A DNA stretch of 64,000 nt from Octopus vulgaris (GCA_951406725.2 OX597817.1:137082001-137146000); one strand, 5' to 3'; positions 42,542 through 57,037 are shown, counted from the stretch's first letter. Numbers and translations: made by a program. Notes: generated by a model from the sequence alone, not told the origin.

Positions 42542-43034
42542 CTAGCAGTATCGCCCGGCGTTGCTCGGGTTTGTAAGGGAAATAACTATATAAGCATTTT
42601 TAGATGCCAATTCGGGCTTTCTTAGCCATTTTTGTTTTGGTGTCTTCAAGCCATGAAGTCGTTGTTCTAAAAGAACGCTGGTCTCCTTCACAACGCATTA
42701 CGACGTTGATTTCTTTACACTCCCTTCCCCACAGCTTCACGAGGGAGGGAAGGGGGAGAAGCAAACAGGTGCAGCTGTGAGCGTGGACGCCAACTCCGCC
42801 GCCATCGACACACGATGCATTTTATGCATTAAAATGGAATAAAAAATGATGTTAAATTATTTTTAAAATCGTAGACTCATCGTTGACGCGCGGTAATAGT
42901 CAGACGGGCTCGATATGAATCACGACTATAAGATACCCGAATTTGGTTAAACTGCACCGCAAAATGTGGGAGGAGTTAGGAATCTAAATCGAAGGGGACA
43001 GACACTCACACAACTAGAGTTTTATATATATAGA
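42542..43034 (-). mobile_element. Non-autonomous Helitron
   Basis: Minus strand A|TCTATATATAT...CCCGAGCAACGCCGGG (GC hairpin) CGATACTG-CTAG|T: 5' TC, subterminal hairpin, 3' CTAG, A/T target, no TSD. Confidence 0.8.
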
Positions 43035-43421
43035 TATACAAAGTATCTGATAAAAGTCAATATTAATTCAATTTTGGGGAATTAATCGGTATGCGGGTAT
43101 TCTATTTCAGATAAAACAAAAAATAACCTAATGAGTATATCTGAAAGTAATCTCATGGTAGCTGTTTGCACATCACGAAATAATACTTAAAGGATATAAC
43201 CACAATTTTGGTTATATCCTTTAAGCAACATGACCATCCCCAAATACAACAATATATATATATATATGATTAATCTAAATAATTTAGGAAAACAAATTTT
43301 TTTCGCGTTATGCAAACTGATACCATGAGTTTAGTGTAAGATATACTCATTAGGTTATTTTTTGTATTATCTGAAATAGAATACCCGCATATCGATTAAT
43401 TCCCCTCCAAATTGAATATAT

Positions 43422-43462
<41 letters not shown>

Positions 43463-43540
43463 ATATGCATGGTATCAGTTTGCATAACGCGAAAAAAATT
43501 TGTTTTCCTAAATTATTTAGATTAATCATATATCTATCTA

Positions 43541-43618
<78 letters not shown>

Positions 43619-43654
43619 AAATATGCATGTATATATACATACATGTTTGTGTGA

Positions 43655-43940
43655 AGGTGTGTGGGCCAGTGGTTAGGTGTTGCCCTCACAATTGCTAGAT
43701 AGAGGGTTCGATTCCCGGAGTGATGTTGCGTTCTTGGGTAAAACCCTTCATTTCACGTTGCTCTAGTCAACTTAACTGTAGATCTGTGACCCTGCAACGG
43801 TCAGGTCCCCCTCCCCATCAGAAAATTGTTGCACGGCTCGCCAAGCCAGCCGGGTGCCATCATTTGAAAGATAAAATCATGCAATGTGACCAGCGATGTA
43901 TAATAACATGGGTAAGGTTGGTCGATCAGGCAATCACGTA
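43655..43940 (+). mobile_element. tRNA-derived SINE-like element (fourth type), degenerate
   Basis: A-box-like TGGGCCAGTGGTTAGG and B-box GGTTCGATTCC. Confidence 0.5.
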
Positions 43941-44289
43941 ATCACACACACACACGCCGACATGCGCACACATACACACACATATGAATGTTTACATTAC
44001 AAGAACTGCTTCAATTCTTAATTTAATGTGTGTGTGTGTATTGTTGACGTCATAAACATTTATATACTTTTGAGAGAAAATGAGATAATACCTTTTTGGC
44101 AATGGATCTTGAACGACAAATAATAAGATGTAAATATTGGGTTGGAAGAGCTTTCGTCATTTTCTATCCAGAAGGGATTTTCAAAGTTCAAATGTCGCAA
44201 TGATCTTAGCCTTCCATCCTTTCAGGGTCGATGATATACAATAACAGAAAGGCAGCAATTTCGATCATCCCCACATGGTGAGACACCCC

Positions 44290-45240
44290 TGTCACCTTTC
44301 TTGACATTTCGGTCAACATTCATTACTCCACTCTCACCACCTCCATTCACTACAAGCCCACAGACACACACATACCTCAACTTCTCTTCCTCTCACCCTA
44401 AACACATCAAGCTTTCCACCCCCTATTCCCAATTCCTCCGTCTACGCAGGCTCTGTAGTGACGACCATGACTTTGAGACTCAGTCTCAACTCATGGCTAG
44501 CCACTTCATCCTACGTGGATATCCCCCCATTATCCACACCGCCCTTGCCAGAGCACGTTCCGTAGACCGTGCATCTGCTCTCTCCCCACGAACCAGCCCC
44601 GCCGTCTCCATCCTCCCATTTCTCCCCACCTACCACCCCACCACCCTACCTCTCCAAAGCACCATTTTCCGAGTCTTCCGGCGACTCCGGTTCGACCCTT
44701 CCACATCGAACATCTTCCCTAATCGACCCCTCCCCTCCTTCAAACGAGCCCACGACCTACTAGACTTCTTGGTCCATAGCTTCTTCCCTAACTCAACCTC
44801 CCAACCCGGCTCGTTCCTCTGCTTTCTTACCTCTCCAACACCACCCTCCTCACCGGCACCTATCATCGACCCTTTCACATCACCGACTCCTTCACCTGCA
44901 CTTCTACCAATATCATCTACTGCATCTCCTGCTCTCTCTGCCCTTCTCTATACATCGGGCAAACGAGACGCCGCTTGGCTGACCGGTTCGCGGAACACCT
45001 CCGAGACATCCGACTCAGCGATGACACCCCGGTCTCGCACCATTTCCGCTCTACTCGTCACTCTTTGCAAGACCTGTCCATGTTCGGATTGTTCTTGCAC
45101 AGGGGTCATGCGGACTCCCGTTTGCGCCGTGAACAAGGATTAATCTTCTCTCTTCGCTCCTTTGCACCACATGGGCTCAACTCTTCTCCCGTCACCTCCC
45201 TCCCACCCACGCCTACTTCCTCCCACCAACCTCTCCCCTC
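44290..45240 (+). mobile_element. Neptune-like Penelope fragment (RT thumb + GIY-YIG), frameshifted
   Basis: YLNFSSSHPKHIKLSTPYSQFLRLRRLCSD...RGYP; other frame FTCTSTNIIYCISCSLCPSLYIGQTRRRLADRFAEH...RREQGLIFSLRSFAPHGLN. Confidence 0.88.
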
Positions 45241-45274
45241 TTCACAAAGAAGATCGTCTCTTTGCAACTGCTCA

Positions 45275-47885
45275 GCTACCTGGTCGCAAGCCAAGCTGGG
45301 TATCACTCAGCAAATTATTTTATCAAAAGAATGCGATTAGTTTCCCTCTGACTATCCGTTCCATGACTTTGCTGATGTATGAAGTCAGAGAAAGGCCTAT
45401 AGTTTTTGGTATCTGCTCTGCTTCCCCCTTTATGGATTGGGCGTATTATTCCCTCCTTCAGCTTATTTGGCTGTTTGCCATTTGCAAGAAAGCTCTGGAA
45501 GGGTTTTTCCAGGGCATGCTTACACGATTTGAGGAGGATTCCTGGGAAAACATCAGGACCAGCAGTTGAGTTTGTATCTACTTCATCTATGGCTAGTAGA
45601 ATATCTTCTTTGCTAAAATCGATGAATTCCACCGTAACTGGTTATAGGTGAGGCGGCAAAGAAGTCCACTGGTTCGTTCACTTGTCTGTGTTCCAACGGG
45701 TTGGTAAAGACATTTTTGAACGGTCATTCAGTACCTCACTGTATCTCACTAATCCTAGATGGACTGCTTGTGAGGGAGCCATCCTCTTGGAAGAGGGGTC
45801 CTATCTTGCAGCATACTGATGCTGTTTCTTTGGCGTAATGAAAGAAGGTCTTTGGGTTTGACTGAATGTTTTAATAATCCAGGCTTTTTTGTCTGCTTTC
45901 TCCCTCACATAGGATTGTTGCAGCCTTTTATCAATCTCTATCAGTGTTGTTTTTAGGCGGGACCTTCCGCTAGTTTTGGGATGCTGGTTGAGTCGATTTG
46001 CAACCTTCGTCCGTCGTCTCATGAGGATCTTCCTCCCCACTGGAATCCTGCTCCTATTTGTTTTGGTCTTGTGATCTGGGACATATTTCTGGCATATGGC
46101 TTGCACAACAGACATGAAACATTCTAGTTTCATGTCAATGTCAGGTATGGAGAGACATTTCAGCCAGTCCTCCCTGAGGATATCTTTTTGGATCGATTTC
46201 CAGTCTGCTTTATAGAAGTTCAGACTGGAGAGATTTCGGGTGCTTCCTTTAGGCTGTATGGTTATTTTCGGCCCAAACATTGACAGCTCTATTATGTTGT
46301 CATCCGAGACTAATGTCGGCGTCACTTTCACATCAAGAATGATGTCCATATTGTTCCTGAAGCAGAGATCCAGAATGTTATTCGCTCTAGTCGGTCTGAG
46401 TACAACTTGCTCCATGAATAGGGCATTATTGAGGTTGAGCAGGGACTCCACCTGTGCTTGCTTGCAATAAGTCATTCCTGAGAGTATGAGACCTTCGGGC
46501 CATTTGATGTTGGGGAAGTTGAAATCACCCATAAGAAATATGATCACGTGATGTTCCAGTTGCATGAGGATTTCTTTAATTCTTGTGAGGCAATCTTCAA
46601 ACTTGCCTATGTGCTTTGGAGCATCCGGTGGGCAATATGTATTGCATATGACTATATTATGTTGTCTTATGTATACAATTAGAGTGTCACATATCGAATT
46701 TGAGTATGACAGTAAGACGTAGGGTGTGAGGTCGTGACGGATGTATACATAAACTTCACCATGGCTCATTTCCCTTCTGCCTGTTCGCTGTATGGCATAG
46801 TTTGGTACTTGTACTTCTGCATCCTCTATATCGGGGTTGAGATGAGTTTCCACGGGTGCTATGCATAGGGCTTGATTGCATGCAGCAAGGTCTCTCAGGA
46901 AGAAAGATTTGCTTATGTTATGATGCAACAGGCCCCAATATTTAGTAAAGATATTGGCCTGACGACTGTGCAAACGTTAGGGGAGGCCATCCCGTGTCTG
47001 TTGACTGTGGTGGTCTTGCGCAGCGGTGGGCAAGGTTTCTTGTTTACGCTTGGTGTAGCCAGGTCAGCTGCTGCACAATCTTTTGCGCCATGTACAAAAA
47101 AGACTGTTGCTCAGCTGCTGCGTTGTGCATAACATCTGAAGAGCGCACTTCTTTTGTGAATTTTTTCCTTGGAGATATTTGTTGTCTTTCCCCAGGGAAG
47201 TTTTTCTCCTTAAGGCCCCATTAGTTTTGGCGGGGTGTTGGGTGGGCAAATCGGGTTTTTTTGCCGTCTTCCCCATGCCAACATTTGCCTTGCAGTTAAC
47301 ATATGCAGGTTTTCGAGTGCCTTCAAATTTCTTCTTTCTTGTAGGGTTTTTGATGGTATTGGATCCTCCATGGGGTTTTCTGTTTTTTGTTGGTGGGTTG
47401 GGGTTTCGGTTTTGGATTTTTCACTTTTGCCTTTTCCTTTTTCTTTCTTTCCTTCTTTATGTTTGTGTTCTGTCCTTCCTTTTCTTGTGGTGGGAACTTT
47501 ATTCCTCTGGTTGTCCAATGGGGTGAGGGCTCTGTTCCTTTGTAGAATCACTGGCACAGAGGGGCTTCTAGTTATTGCTTCTTTGGCTCCCCTATCCTTT
47601 TCTCTCTGGTCGTTCAGAGGAGTGGGTGATCCATTCTTTTCAGGAACCACTGGATCAGAGAGACTTCGGGGTTTTGTTACCTTTTCATCTTCTCCATCAT
47701 TATCAGCCTTGCCACAATAGTTTTCGATTATGACATCCAGGGTGTCGATGTGGTCTGATAAGCATATAGGATCTGATGAATTCATTCTTCTTCCGCTCTA
47801 TCTGATCAATGTTTCTGTGAAAGCCATTGTTTTTCGGTGCAGCAGTGATGATGTTGTTTGGCGGATCGCCACTAGCAATCACCCC

Positions 47886-47887
<2 letters not shown>
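45275..47887 (-). mobile_element. CR1/L2-group LINE, 5' half (ORF1 remnant, APE endonuclease, start of RT)
   Basis: ETHL..DIEDAEVQVPNY...MGDFNFPNIKW...PTRANNILDL...SDDNII (APE); GPDVFPGILLK...PIHKGGSRADTKNYRP. Confidence 0.9.
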
Positions 47888-47945
<58 letters not shown>

Positions 47946-47958
<13 letters not shown>

Positions 47959-48491
47959 TAGAAGGTTTGGAGATGTACATGTATTATATATGAGATGAAA
48001 TGAGGTACTCAGAAATCTGGATGGCTTTATATTTACAGATATCTATTAGTATGTTGCATGTTTTTATAAATCTTATATCATATATTAGCGCTTTCGTCCA
48101 CTCAAGTGGAGTTGTCAAATTGAACTTTTGCAGGAATTTTGTCTCTTTTTATAGTATTATTGAGTGTGTAGGGGTGGGGAGAGATATAAGATAGTACAAG
48201 AGGGTGAGGAATGGGGAGAGAGAGTGAGAGAGAGAGATAGAGCGTGTGTGTGTGTGTGTATGTGTGTGTGTATGTGTGTGTGTGTGTATCTGAAAGAGGT
48301 GTTAAAGAAAAAGAGAAGGAAAGGAAGAAGGAGAGAAAGAAGAAAAAATTTGTTGATAGCTTTGCAACTGATCAGTCTTTCAATAGTAAATGATTCTTGG
48401 CTTTTAGAAATGGCAAATTCAGCTGGTTACTCCAAGGGGGGTAAAATGTCACTTTTCAAAAAATTGTCTGGATTTCTTTTTATCATTGTCT

Positions 48492-48524
<33 letters not shown>

Positions 48525-50388
48525 GTGTGTGTGTGTGTGTGTGTGTAAGTGCGCACGTGTGTGTGGGTGTCTGTGTATCTGAAAGAAGTGTCAAATGGAA
48601 AAGGGAATAAAAGGAAGGAGGAGGAGAGAAAGAAGAAAAAATGTGTTTACATTTTTGCAACTGGTCAGTCTTTCAATAGTAAATGATTCTTGGCTTTTAG
48701 AAATGGCACACCGTGCAGGTCAGTCTTTCAATAGTAAATTATTATTGGCTTTTAGAAATGGCAAACGCAGCTGGCCACTTCAAGGGGGGCAAAATGTCAC
48801 TTCTCAAAAAGTTGTCTGGATTTCTTTTTATCATTGTTTTGTGAGTGTGTGTGTGTGTGCGCGCACATGTGTGTGTGCGCGCACATGTGTGTGTGCGCGT
48901 GTGTATGTGGGTGCCTGTGTATCTGTAAGGGTGTCGATGGAGAAAGGAAGAAAGAAGAAAGAGAGGTGGAAGAAATAATTGTGTTGACAATTTATACCAC
49001 TGTTCAGTTCTTTCAAGCCAATGTTTGATTCCTGTGCTGATATGGGTTGGAGAATCTGGAGGAAAGAGTGATTTTTTATTTATGTATATGTACATATGTC
49101 TCGTACTGTGTGTGTGTGTATGTGTGTGTTTGCTTAATACAATTTACTTTACAAAATTGGTCCTTCATCTAGTACAAATTATTATAGAAATATTTTCAGC
49201 CATTCAATTTGGGGGAGAACTTTGTTATGAAGTATTTTTCCATATTTCTACTGAAGGAGGTGTCATTCTTTGGACATTTGTAGAAGGGAAAGATCTCAAA
49301 TTTTCCTTCTCACATGTATCTAGGTGTTTACTCAGTGGAATCTTTCGCAGTTCCTCCTGTCAGACATGTTGTCGGTGAATTCTGGTTCGTTGGCATAAAG
49401 AATTTTCAGTTTCACCTATATAATTCTTCCTGCATGTGGGGCAGGTTATGCAATACATTACGTTCTGCGTCTTGCAGTTCATGTCTGCATTTACTTTGAA
49501 TATCAGACCACTCTTAAATTTCAATTGTTTCCTTCTATATATTTGTAGGTGGGGTTACTGCAGATCCCACATCTACCATCTCCGCACTCTTTTACAAAGA
49601 ATTCGGTTTTAGTTTCTGATGAGAATTTCGCTCTTGTTAGTTGTTTCCTCAGGTTTTTGTCTTGTCGTTTACTGTTTTTTATGCAATATTTGTTTAATAT
49701 GTTTCCCATTTTGAGGCTTTGTAGGACTATTGGTAGGTTTTAATGTATGATTTGAAACATGTTGGTAAATCCAGGGTTGTGTGTTTATGAAAGGGATGAT
49801 GTTTTCTTTGCTTTTCGTTTTTGGAGTTCTGAGTTGTGGGATGTCCAGTTTAATTGCTCTTGAGATTCCATTTTTTATTAGTTTGAGTGGGTATTTTTGT
49901 TCTACTAGGAAGTTTTTAAGTTCATCTAGTCGTATTTGGCGTGCTTGTGAGTCGGTTACTATGCTGCATATGCATCTTGCCATACTATATGGGATGTTTC
50001 TTTTTATGTGGGATGGGTGACAGGAGTAGAAATTTAAATATTGGTGTGTGTCGGTTTTTTTGGTAGTGGATGCCTGTTGTGATGATGGAGTTGTGTATCT
50101 TGATGTTGATGTCTAGGAAGGGAAGTTCGTTGTGGCTGGTATATATCGTGAAGTTGATAGATGGGTGCAGTGTGTCGAGGATGTTGTGGAATGTTCGTAG
50201 ATCTTCTGATCTATTCCAAAAGATGAAGCAGTCATCGAGGTAGCGTTTCCACTTTTTCTTGATGTCTTCTCTGAAGTCGTGTTCGAAGACTTTCCCTATT
50301 TCATCGTATAGTCTGTTCTCAAAGAAACCCATTGCCAGGTTGGCATATGAAGGTGCGAATTTTATACCCATAGCCGTGCCCGTTATCA
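47946..50388 (-). mobile_element. Neptune-like Penelope element, 5'-truncated and frameshifted, with tandemly repeated 3'UTR
   Basis: GTAMGIKFAPSYANLAMG, WKRYLDDCF, LPFLDI, CGDGRCGIC, MNCKTQNVMYCITCPTC..Y.GET; ~300 bp UTR duplication at 48240-48960; 3' end at (TA)n. Confidence 0.88.
48082..48123 (-). ncRNA. Minimal hammerhead-like motif, U3-A8 variant
   Basis: Minus strand TTGACAA-CTCCAC-TTGA-GTGGAC-GAAA-GCGC-TA: stem II TCCAC/GTGGA, palindromic AGCGCT stem III; stem I weak. Confidence 0.55.
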
Positions 50389-51181
50389 GTTTTTAGTTCT
50401 ATGAGATTTGGTGTGGGTGTGGCTGTAAATTTGAGGTCTTTTAGTAGTAGGTTCATTTCATTTTCGTTCAGTTCTCTTTTAGATAGGTTTATTATTTTGG
50501 GGGTCTATGTGTTTTGTGTGTTCATTTGGAATTTTTGGTGTGATGGGTCTGGAGTATGGATTATCAGGGAGAGAATTATATTATCAATAATAATAACGGG
50601 TAAAATTAATTAATTAGTAATTAATAATTTTACCAAGCAGTGTACAGTATGTTAAAAGGACCATATACGGTAAACTTAAACATTACTTTATATAACTAGG
50701 GTTCAGCAAAAAAATAGTAAACTACAGATTCTTCTGTAGGAATTTGTTGCTCTATAAAACACGTGGGTAGACAAGAAAGATTATGAAGTCTCATTCGCAT
50801 GTTTTGAATTCGTTAGTACTGAATATCGAAGATGGTTTGTCTGAAATTACTCGGGTCAGATAGGTATGTTCGATTTTTAGTGCTCTCAAATTTAAAATTA
50901 CTGAAATCTTTGTGCTGATGACATGAATGTTGGAATAGGGATGGATTTCTAGCATCTCTATATCTAACTAACCCAGAAACGCGTCCACAAGTAATCGCAT
51001 GCCGGGTGAACTTTCGTTATTTTTCCCTCTATGCCTACGACAATTGTTTTTGAGTATACATTGTCTGGGAGATTCTTCTTATAGTAGAAGAAATAGCTAA
51101 ATTCTTTGGCTGTTATTTCTAAAAGTTCGGTATGTGGCAAAGCAAATTTTTTTTTGCTGAACCCTAATTATATAAAGTAAT

Positions 51182-51224
<43 letters not shown>

Positions 51225-51497
51225 AAATTTTGCCCATGTTGTGTGTGATATTATTTACGAGTGAATGACTTCACAAGTAGAAAAATAAGAGGGGGTAATT
51301 GGTTATCGGCATTACTGTAATTGCCGTGGGCAAGGGAGATAACTATTCAGCTTTCAGTAAGTGGAGGGGAATATATATGTACAGATAAAAAAAAGGTTTC
51401 TAAAATCTTCTTTAGTGAGGGGATTTATGTACAGTGATGTAATTGTGAATTGAAATATGTAAAAAGATAAAAGCTGATTTGCTCTTTATGTAGAGTG

Positions 51498-51545
<48 letters not shown>

Positions 51546-51694
51546 TAGTTGAATGAATTATCCTAGTATGGATAATTCGGTTAACCGATATACCCTGGTA
51601 GCAAATTCACGTCAGAAAACACGGTTGAAGCTACATGCCAAGAATGTCGAGAATAAATGAATTTTGTTAAATCGTCGTTCGACTCCATTCTTTC

Positions 51695-51784
<90 letters not shown>

Positions 51785-51788
<4 letters not shown>

Positions 51789-52430
51789 CAGAACCCCAGC
51801 GATGTTGCACACCTGCAGCAGGAGTTGGACTCAATCTACAGATGGGCTGAGGATAATAATATGCAGTTTAATGCTGAAAAATTCCAGGCCCTGCGCTACC
51901 AGCATCCAAAACTGAATATTAAACATACAGGATACACCGGTCCACAGGGAATTTCAATCCCACAGCCTAAGTCTGTGAGGGACCTGGGTATCGACATGAG
52001 TGATGATACCTCTTTCCAAGTGCACATTACCAGGATGGCGACAAAGTGCAGACGACTGGCTGAATGGATCCTAAGAACATTCAGAACCAGATATAAGGAA
52101 ACCATGATGGTCCTCTGACGGACATTCGTCCTCAGCCGCCTGGATTACTGCTCACAGCTATGGTCACCCATCAGTGTAAAATTAGCAGCGGACCTTGAAG
52201 CAATCCAGCGAAGCTTCACAAAGAAGATCGTATCTTTGGAACAGCTCAGCTACTGGGAAAGGTTGAAACAGCTAAGACTCTACTTCCTAGAGAGAAGACG
52301 GGAGAGATATGCAGTAATATATGTCTGGAAGATCCTGGAAGGAATTGTGCCAAATTTTGGCATTGTAAGCTACACCAATGCTAGAACTGGACGACACTGC
52401 ATAGTGCCAAAGATCCCAGCAATACCATCA
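51785..52430 (+). mobile_element. CR1/L2-group LINE RT C-terminal fragment between (TA)n tracts
   Basis: LQQELDSIYRWAEDNNMQFNAEKF...VRDLGI...YWERLKQLRLYFLERRRERYAVIYVWK. Confidence 0.9.
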
Positions 52431-52484
52431 TGCTTCATATATATATGTATATATATATATATTTATTATTTTTTAAAATTTCAT

Positions 52485-55400
52485 CTAGTTTCAGCTCACG
52501 AGCTGTGGCCATCCTGGGGCACCACCATTTGGTGTTGCTACATGATTTTACTTCACGAAAGCTTTTTAGCAATTGACATTTGTTGCATGAGAGAGTTTGA
52601 TGCAGCTGCCCTCATCTGAACCTCCTGCCGCGAAGTTGGTTCATCTGGAACACCTGACAGAAAGAGGTCCAGCATTATTTTGAAGACACCTACATCCATC
52701 CAAGCATGTCTCTCAGGTCCTTCGGGAGGATATTGAAGAGCTGTGGACATCTGAAGCCCAGGCTATTGCAGTATCTTGTCCTACATCTTGATGGCATATT
52801 TGGAGTCCTTGGCACTATGCAGTGACGCCCAGTTCTAGTATTTGTGTAACTCTCGATGCCAAAGTTTGGGACAAGTCCTTCCACGATCTTCCAAATGTAT
52901 ATTATGGCATATCTTTCTCGCCTACGCTCTAAGGAATAGAGTCTTAATCTCTCGAGTCTTTCCCAATAGCTTATATGCTGCACAGAGGCTATCTTATTCA
53001 TGTAGCTTCGTTGGATTGTCTCAAGTTCTGAGATTAATTTGACACTGGTTGGTGACCATAGCTGAGAGTAATAGTCAAAGTGGATTAGGACAAGTGTCCT
53101 CCAGAGGACCATCATGATTTCTTGATCGCTTGTTCTAAATGTTCTAAGAATCCATCCGGTCAACTGCATGTATTTCATTGCCAGTTTAGCAACATGCACA
53201 TGGAAGGATACATCATTACACATGTAAACGCCCAGGTCTCGCACTGATTGTGCCTCTGTGATTGCAATCCCTCCAGGTCCAGTGTATTTATTGGGTATTG
53301 CATTTAGTTTTGCATGCCGATAGCACAAAGCTTGAAACTTTTCAGCATTAAACTGCATGCTATTCTTTTCAGCCCACTTGTATATTTCATTCAGCTCATA
53401 TTGCAGGTGCATAATGTCTTAAAGGTTCTGTATTACCTGTGAAACTTTTGTATCATCTGCATAATTTGTGATCGTGTCTCTGTGTGTGGCTGAGGGCATG
53501 TCTGAGAGGGCCATTATGAACAGTAGTGGTTCCAAAACAGTGCCTTACGGAACACCGCTCACTATTTGTGTGTCATTGGAGGTGGCCCCATTGGCTATTA
53601 CCACCTGACTTCTATACATGGGAAAGTCATGAAGTCATTCTCCTAATTGTCAAACTATACCGAGATCACGCAGTTTGTGACATATTCCATGATCGACTTT
53701 ATCAAAGGCCTTTGCAAAGTCGAGATATATCACTTCCACATTTGAGTGGTTGAGCAGCTGTTTCAGCACCCAGTAATAGTGTTCTAAGACTTGAGTCAGG
53801 CAGCTTCTTCCTGGTCGGAAACCATGTTGGGTGTCAATCAGTAAATCATTTTCGTCAAAGAAGGTGTTTGGTTTTCTTTTGACTATTCGTTCCATGAACT
53901 TACTGATGTGCGAGGTCAGAGAGCTAGATCTGTAGCTTTTGGCCTCTGCTCTGCTACCTCCTTTATGAATAGGGCATATTATACCCACCTTCAGTTTGCC
54001 AGTTGCAAGGAAGCTCTGAAAGAAGGACTGCAGTGGTCTTGCTAGGACTCGCTTACATGCTTTTAGAAGGATTGTTGGGAATCCATCAGGGCCAGTAGCT
54101 GAGTTTGGGTTCATTTCATCTATAGCCCTTATTACATCGTTTTCCTTTATATTGATGTAATCGATCATCACTGCTTCTATTTTCATATATGCAGTGGTAA
54201 AAAAAAGTTGGATTGCTGTCTTGCAAGTGTCCTAGGTGTGGAGTGAAAATATTTTTGAATTGCTCATTTAGCACTTCACTTGTCCTCATTGGGTTTCCTG
54301 TGAGTGAACCATCTTTTTCAGTGCACTGAAGTTGTTTCTTTGACAAATTTGTAGAAAGCTCTGGGTTAGAGTTTATATTGTCTATAGCACAGGCTTCTTT
54401 ATCTGTTCTTTCTTTTTCATGGGAGAGTTGTAGATTTTTTTCAATCTCCAGTAGTTGTATTTTCGGGTGGGAATTTTCACTGTTTTCAATTTGTTTGTTT
54501 AGGCGATTCTCATAATAATTCTCCTCTCCCTGGGGATTTTGTTCTTGTGTACAGTGGCCTTTCTCTCTGGGACACATTTGTAGCATATGGCTTGCATTAC
54601 AGACATGAATTGTTGAAGTTTCATGTCGATGTCTGGTGAGGAGAGACATTTAGGCCAGTTTTGTTTGAGGATCTCTTTCTCAATTTGTTTCCAGTTTGCC
54701 TTATGGTAGTTCAAGCGGGAAAGATTTTGAGAGTTTCTTGTAGGTTGCATGTCCATGGTTTCCTTTGGTCCATACATGGTCAGCTCTACCATGTTGTGAT
54801 CCAGCATGTTACCTGCCATGGTTGGTTGGAGTACGATTTGTTCCATATACAAAGTGTCGATGAGGTTCACGAGGGACTTCACCTGTCCTTGTTCGCATCG
54901 TGCCACTCCCGGGAGAGAAAGGCCCTCGGGCCATCTGACACTGGACAGATTGAAGTCTTCCATAAGAAGTACAATTATGTGTTGTTCCAATGTAACTAGA
55001 ACTTCTATTTTTGTAAGGCTGTCTTCAAACTTGCCTACATGATTTGGAGCATCTGGAGGGCGATATGTAGCACATATAACTACATCGAGTTATCTTATAT
55101 GTACAATTAGTGTGTCACATACCGAATTTGAGTGTGACAAAAGGACCTGGGGTGTGAGGTCTTCGCGGATGTACATAGTAACTCCACCATGACTCCTTTC
55201 TTTCCTGTTGATCCGTAATATAACATATGTGGTATGTGTATTTGTGCATTTGCTATATCTAGTTTCAAGTGTGTTTCCGTAAGTGCTATGCATAAGGCTT
55301 TATTGCATGCAACAAGGTCTCTCAAGAAAGGGATTTTTGTCCTGTTACTAAGTGTTAACAGTTCTCTGATGTTCAGTAAGAGCACCCATATGATGTGTGT

Positions 55401-56190
55401 GTTGTTGCCAGTGATGCCCACCTTGGGTCTATTTGCTGTGGTGGTCTTGTGTATTGGGGATAGTCCCATCTGTGAGATTGATGTAGCCAGGTCAGCTGCT
55501 GTACAATCTTTTTGCTATGCACAAAAAAATGTTGTAGCACGCACTACACCTGCGTACCTCCGTTTCGGGGCACGTGGTGCGTAGTTCTTTCCTTTTGGCT
55601 GGTGGTTTCTGCCGTGTTTCATGTTTGTGTGGCGGGGTCTTTGGTGTGCAAAACGGCAGCTTGCATCTCCCTCTCTATGCCAGTTAGAATTTACACATTC
55701 GTCTGTGCTGTCTCTTTTTATCCTTTTTGTTATATGAGTAGTCAGGTTTGCTTCTTTCTTTGGCTGTGTCATTTTTTTCTTTTAGGTTTTGCCCCTTTTA
55801 GCTCTTTCACCTCCACGGGTTTTTGCTTTGATGGTGGTAGGGGCACTTGCACTTGGGTTTTCATTCCGAGCAGGTTTCTCGCTTGAATCTTTGTTTTCTT
55901 CAGTGTCTAACAAGTGGGGGGTGGTGACATCTTTCATATACATCCGTGCCTCCACCCTTGTCATCTTTGCTGTGTTTATTATCAAAGATGGAATCAAGAG
56001 TGCTGATGTTGGGTCGTATGAGAGCGTAGGAGCGTGTAAACTTCTGCTTCTTTCGTTCTATCTGTGCTAAACTTCTGGTGTAACCATTGCTCTTCAATGC
56101 AGCTGTGATTATATTGTTTGGGTTCTCGCATTCAGCACAGTACCAGGCTCTCAGGAGCGATGCCAATTCCATGCTCCTCCAGTTTCTGGA
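52485..56190 (-). mobile_element. CR1/L2-group LINE, near full length but degenerate (ORF1 remnant, APE, RT, 3' end)
   Basis: AWYCAEC and CRFAH ORF1 remnants; ETHL/DFN APE; QHGFRPGRSC, YLDFAKAFDKVDH, YADDTK, YWERL..YSLERRRERY; 3' terminus GCCCCAGGATGGCCACAGCTCGTGAGCTGAAAC. Confidence 0.92.
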
Positions 56191-56420
56191 TATTTTTATG
56201 AATATTACATTTATTTATTTTTTAAATTTAACGGTGTGATGGAGGGTAGGGAAGAAATACAGAAAGAAAGCGTTTATATATTTAGAAAGATTGAGAGGCT
56301 GATAGAAAAGAGGAAGATAGAGAGAGTGGAAGTATGTATTTATAATAGAGGTTGAGGGCCTGAGAGAAGAAAGACTGTGTGTTGGAGAGAAGTGAAAAAG
56401 TGCGTCTATACACACACACA

Positions 56421-56508
<88 letters not shown>

Positions 56509-57037
56509 TGTATGCATACAGCAATATATACTATATTTTGGAAGTTTGAGGGGCTGAGAGAAGGACGGTGCAATGGAGAAGAGAAAAAGAGAAAGAGAGA
56601 GAGAGAGTGTGTGTGTGTGTGTGTGTGTATGCATTTATAGAGACGAAACAGAGAGAGAAAAAGAGAAAAGAGGGGAAGAGAGATTCTCAGAGAAGAATTA
56701 TGGGATGATAGAGTGAAGTAAAGAGATAAAGAGAGAAGATGAGTGTCTATATCTTAAGAGATACGAAATAGTGAGAGAAAGAGAGAAACGAAAAAAGTGA
56801 GAGTGTGATGAAAAAAGATGGTGTGATGGAGTGAAGTAAAGAGACGGAGAGAGAGAGAGAGAGAAAGAGACAGAAAGAAGAGGGGGAGCGTCTACATATT
56901 TAGAGAAAAGCAATAGCGAAGAAAAGAGGGAAAGGGGAAATGACGGTGTGATGGAGAAGAGAGAGTAAAGTTATGCAAATTCTTGAAAAGGATTCAACTT
57001 GGATATCGAATAATAAAGGAATAAATAAATATATACC

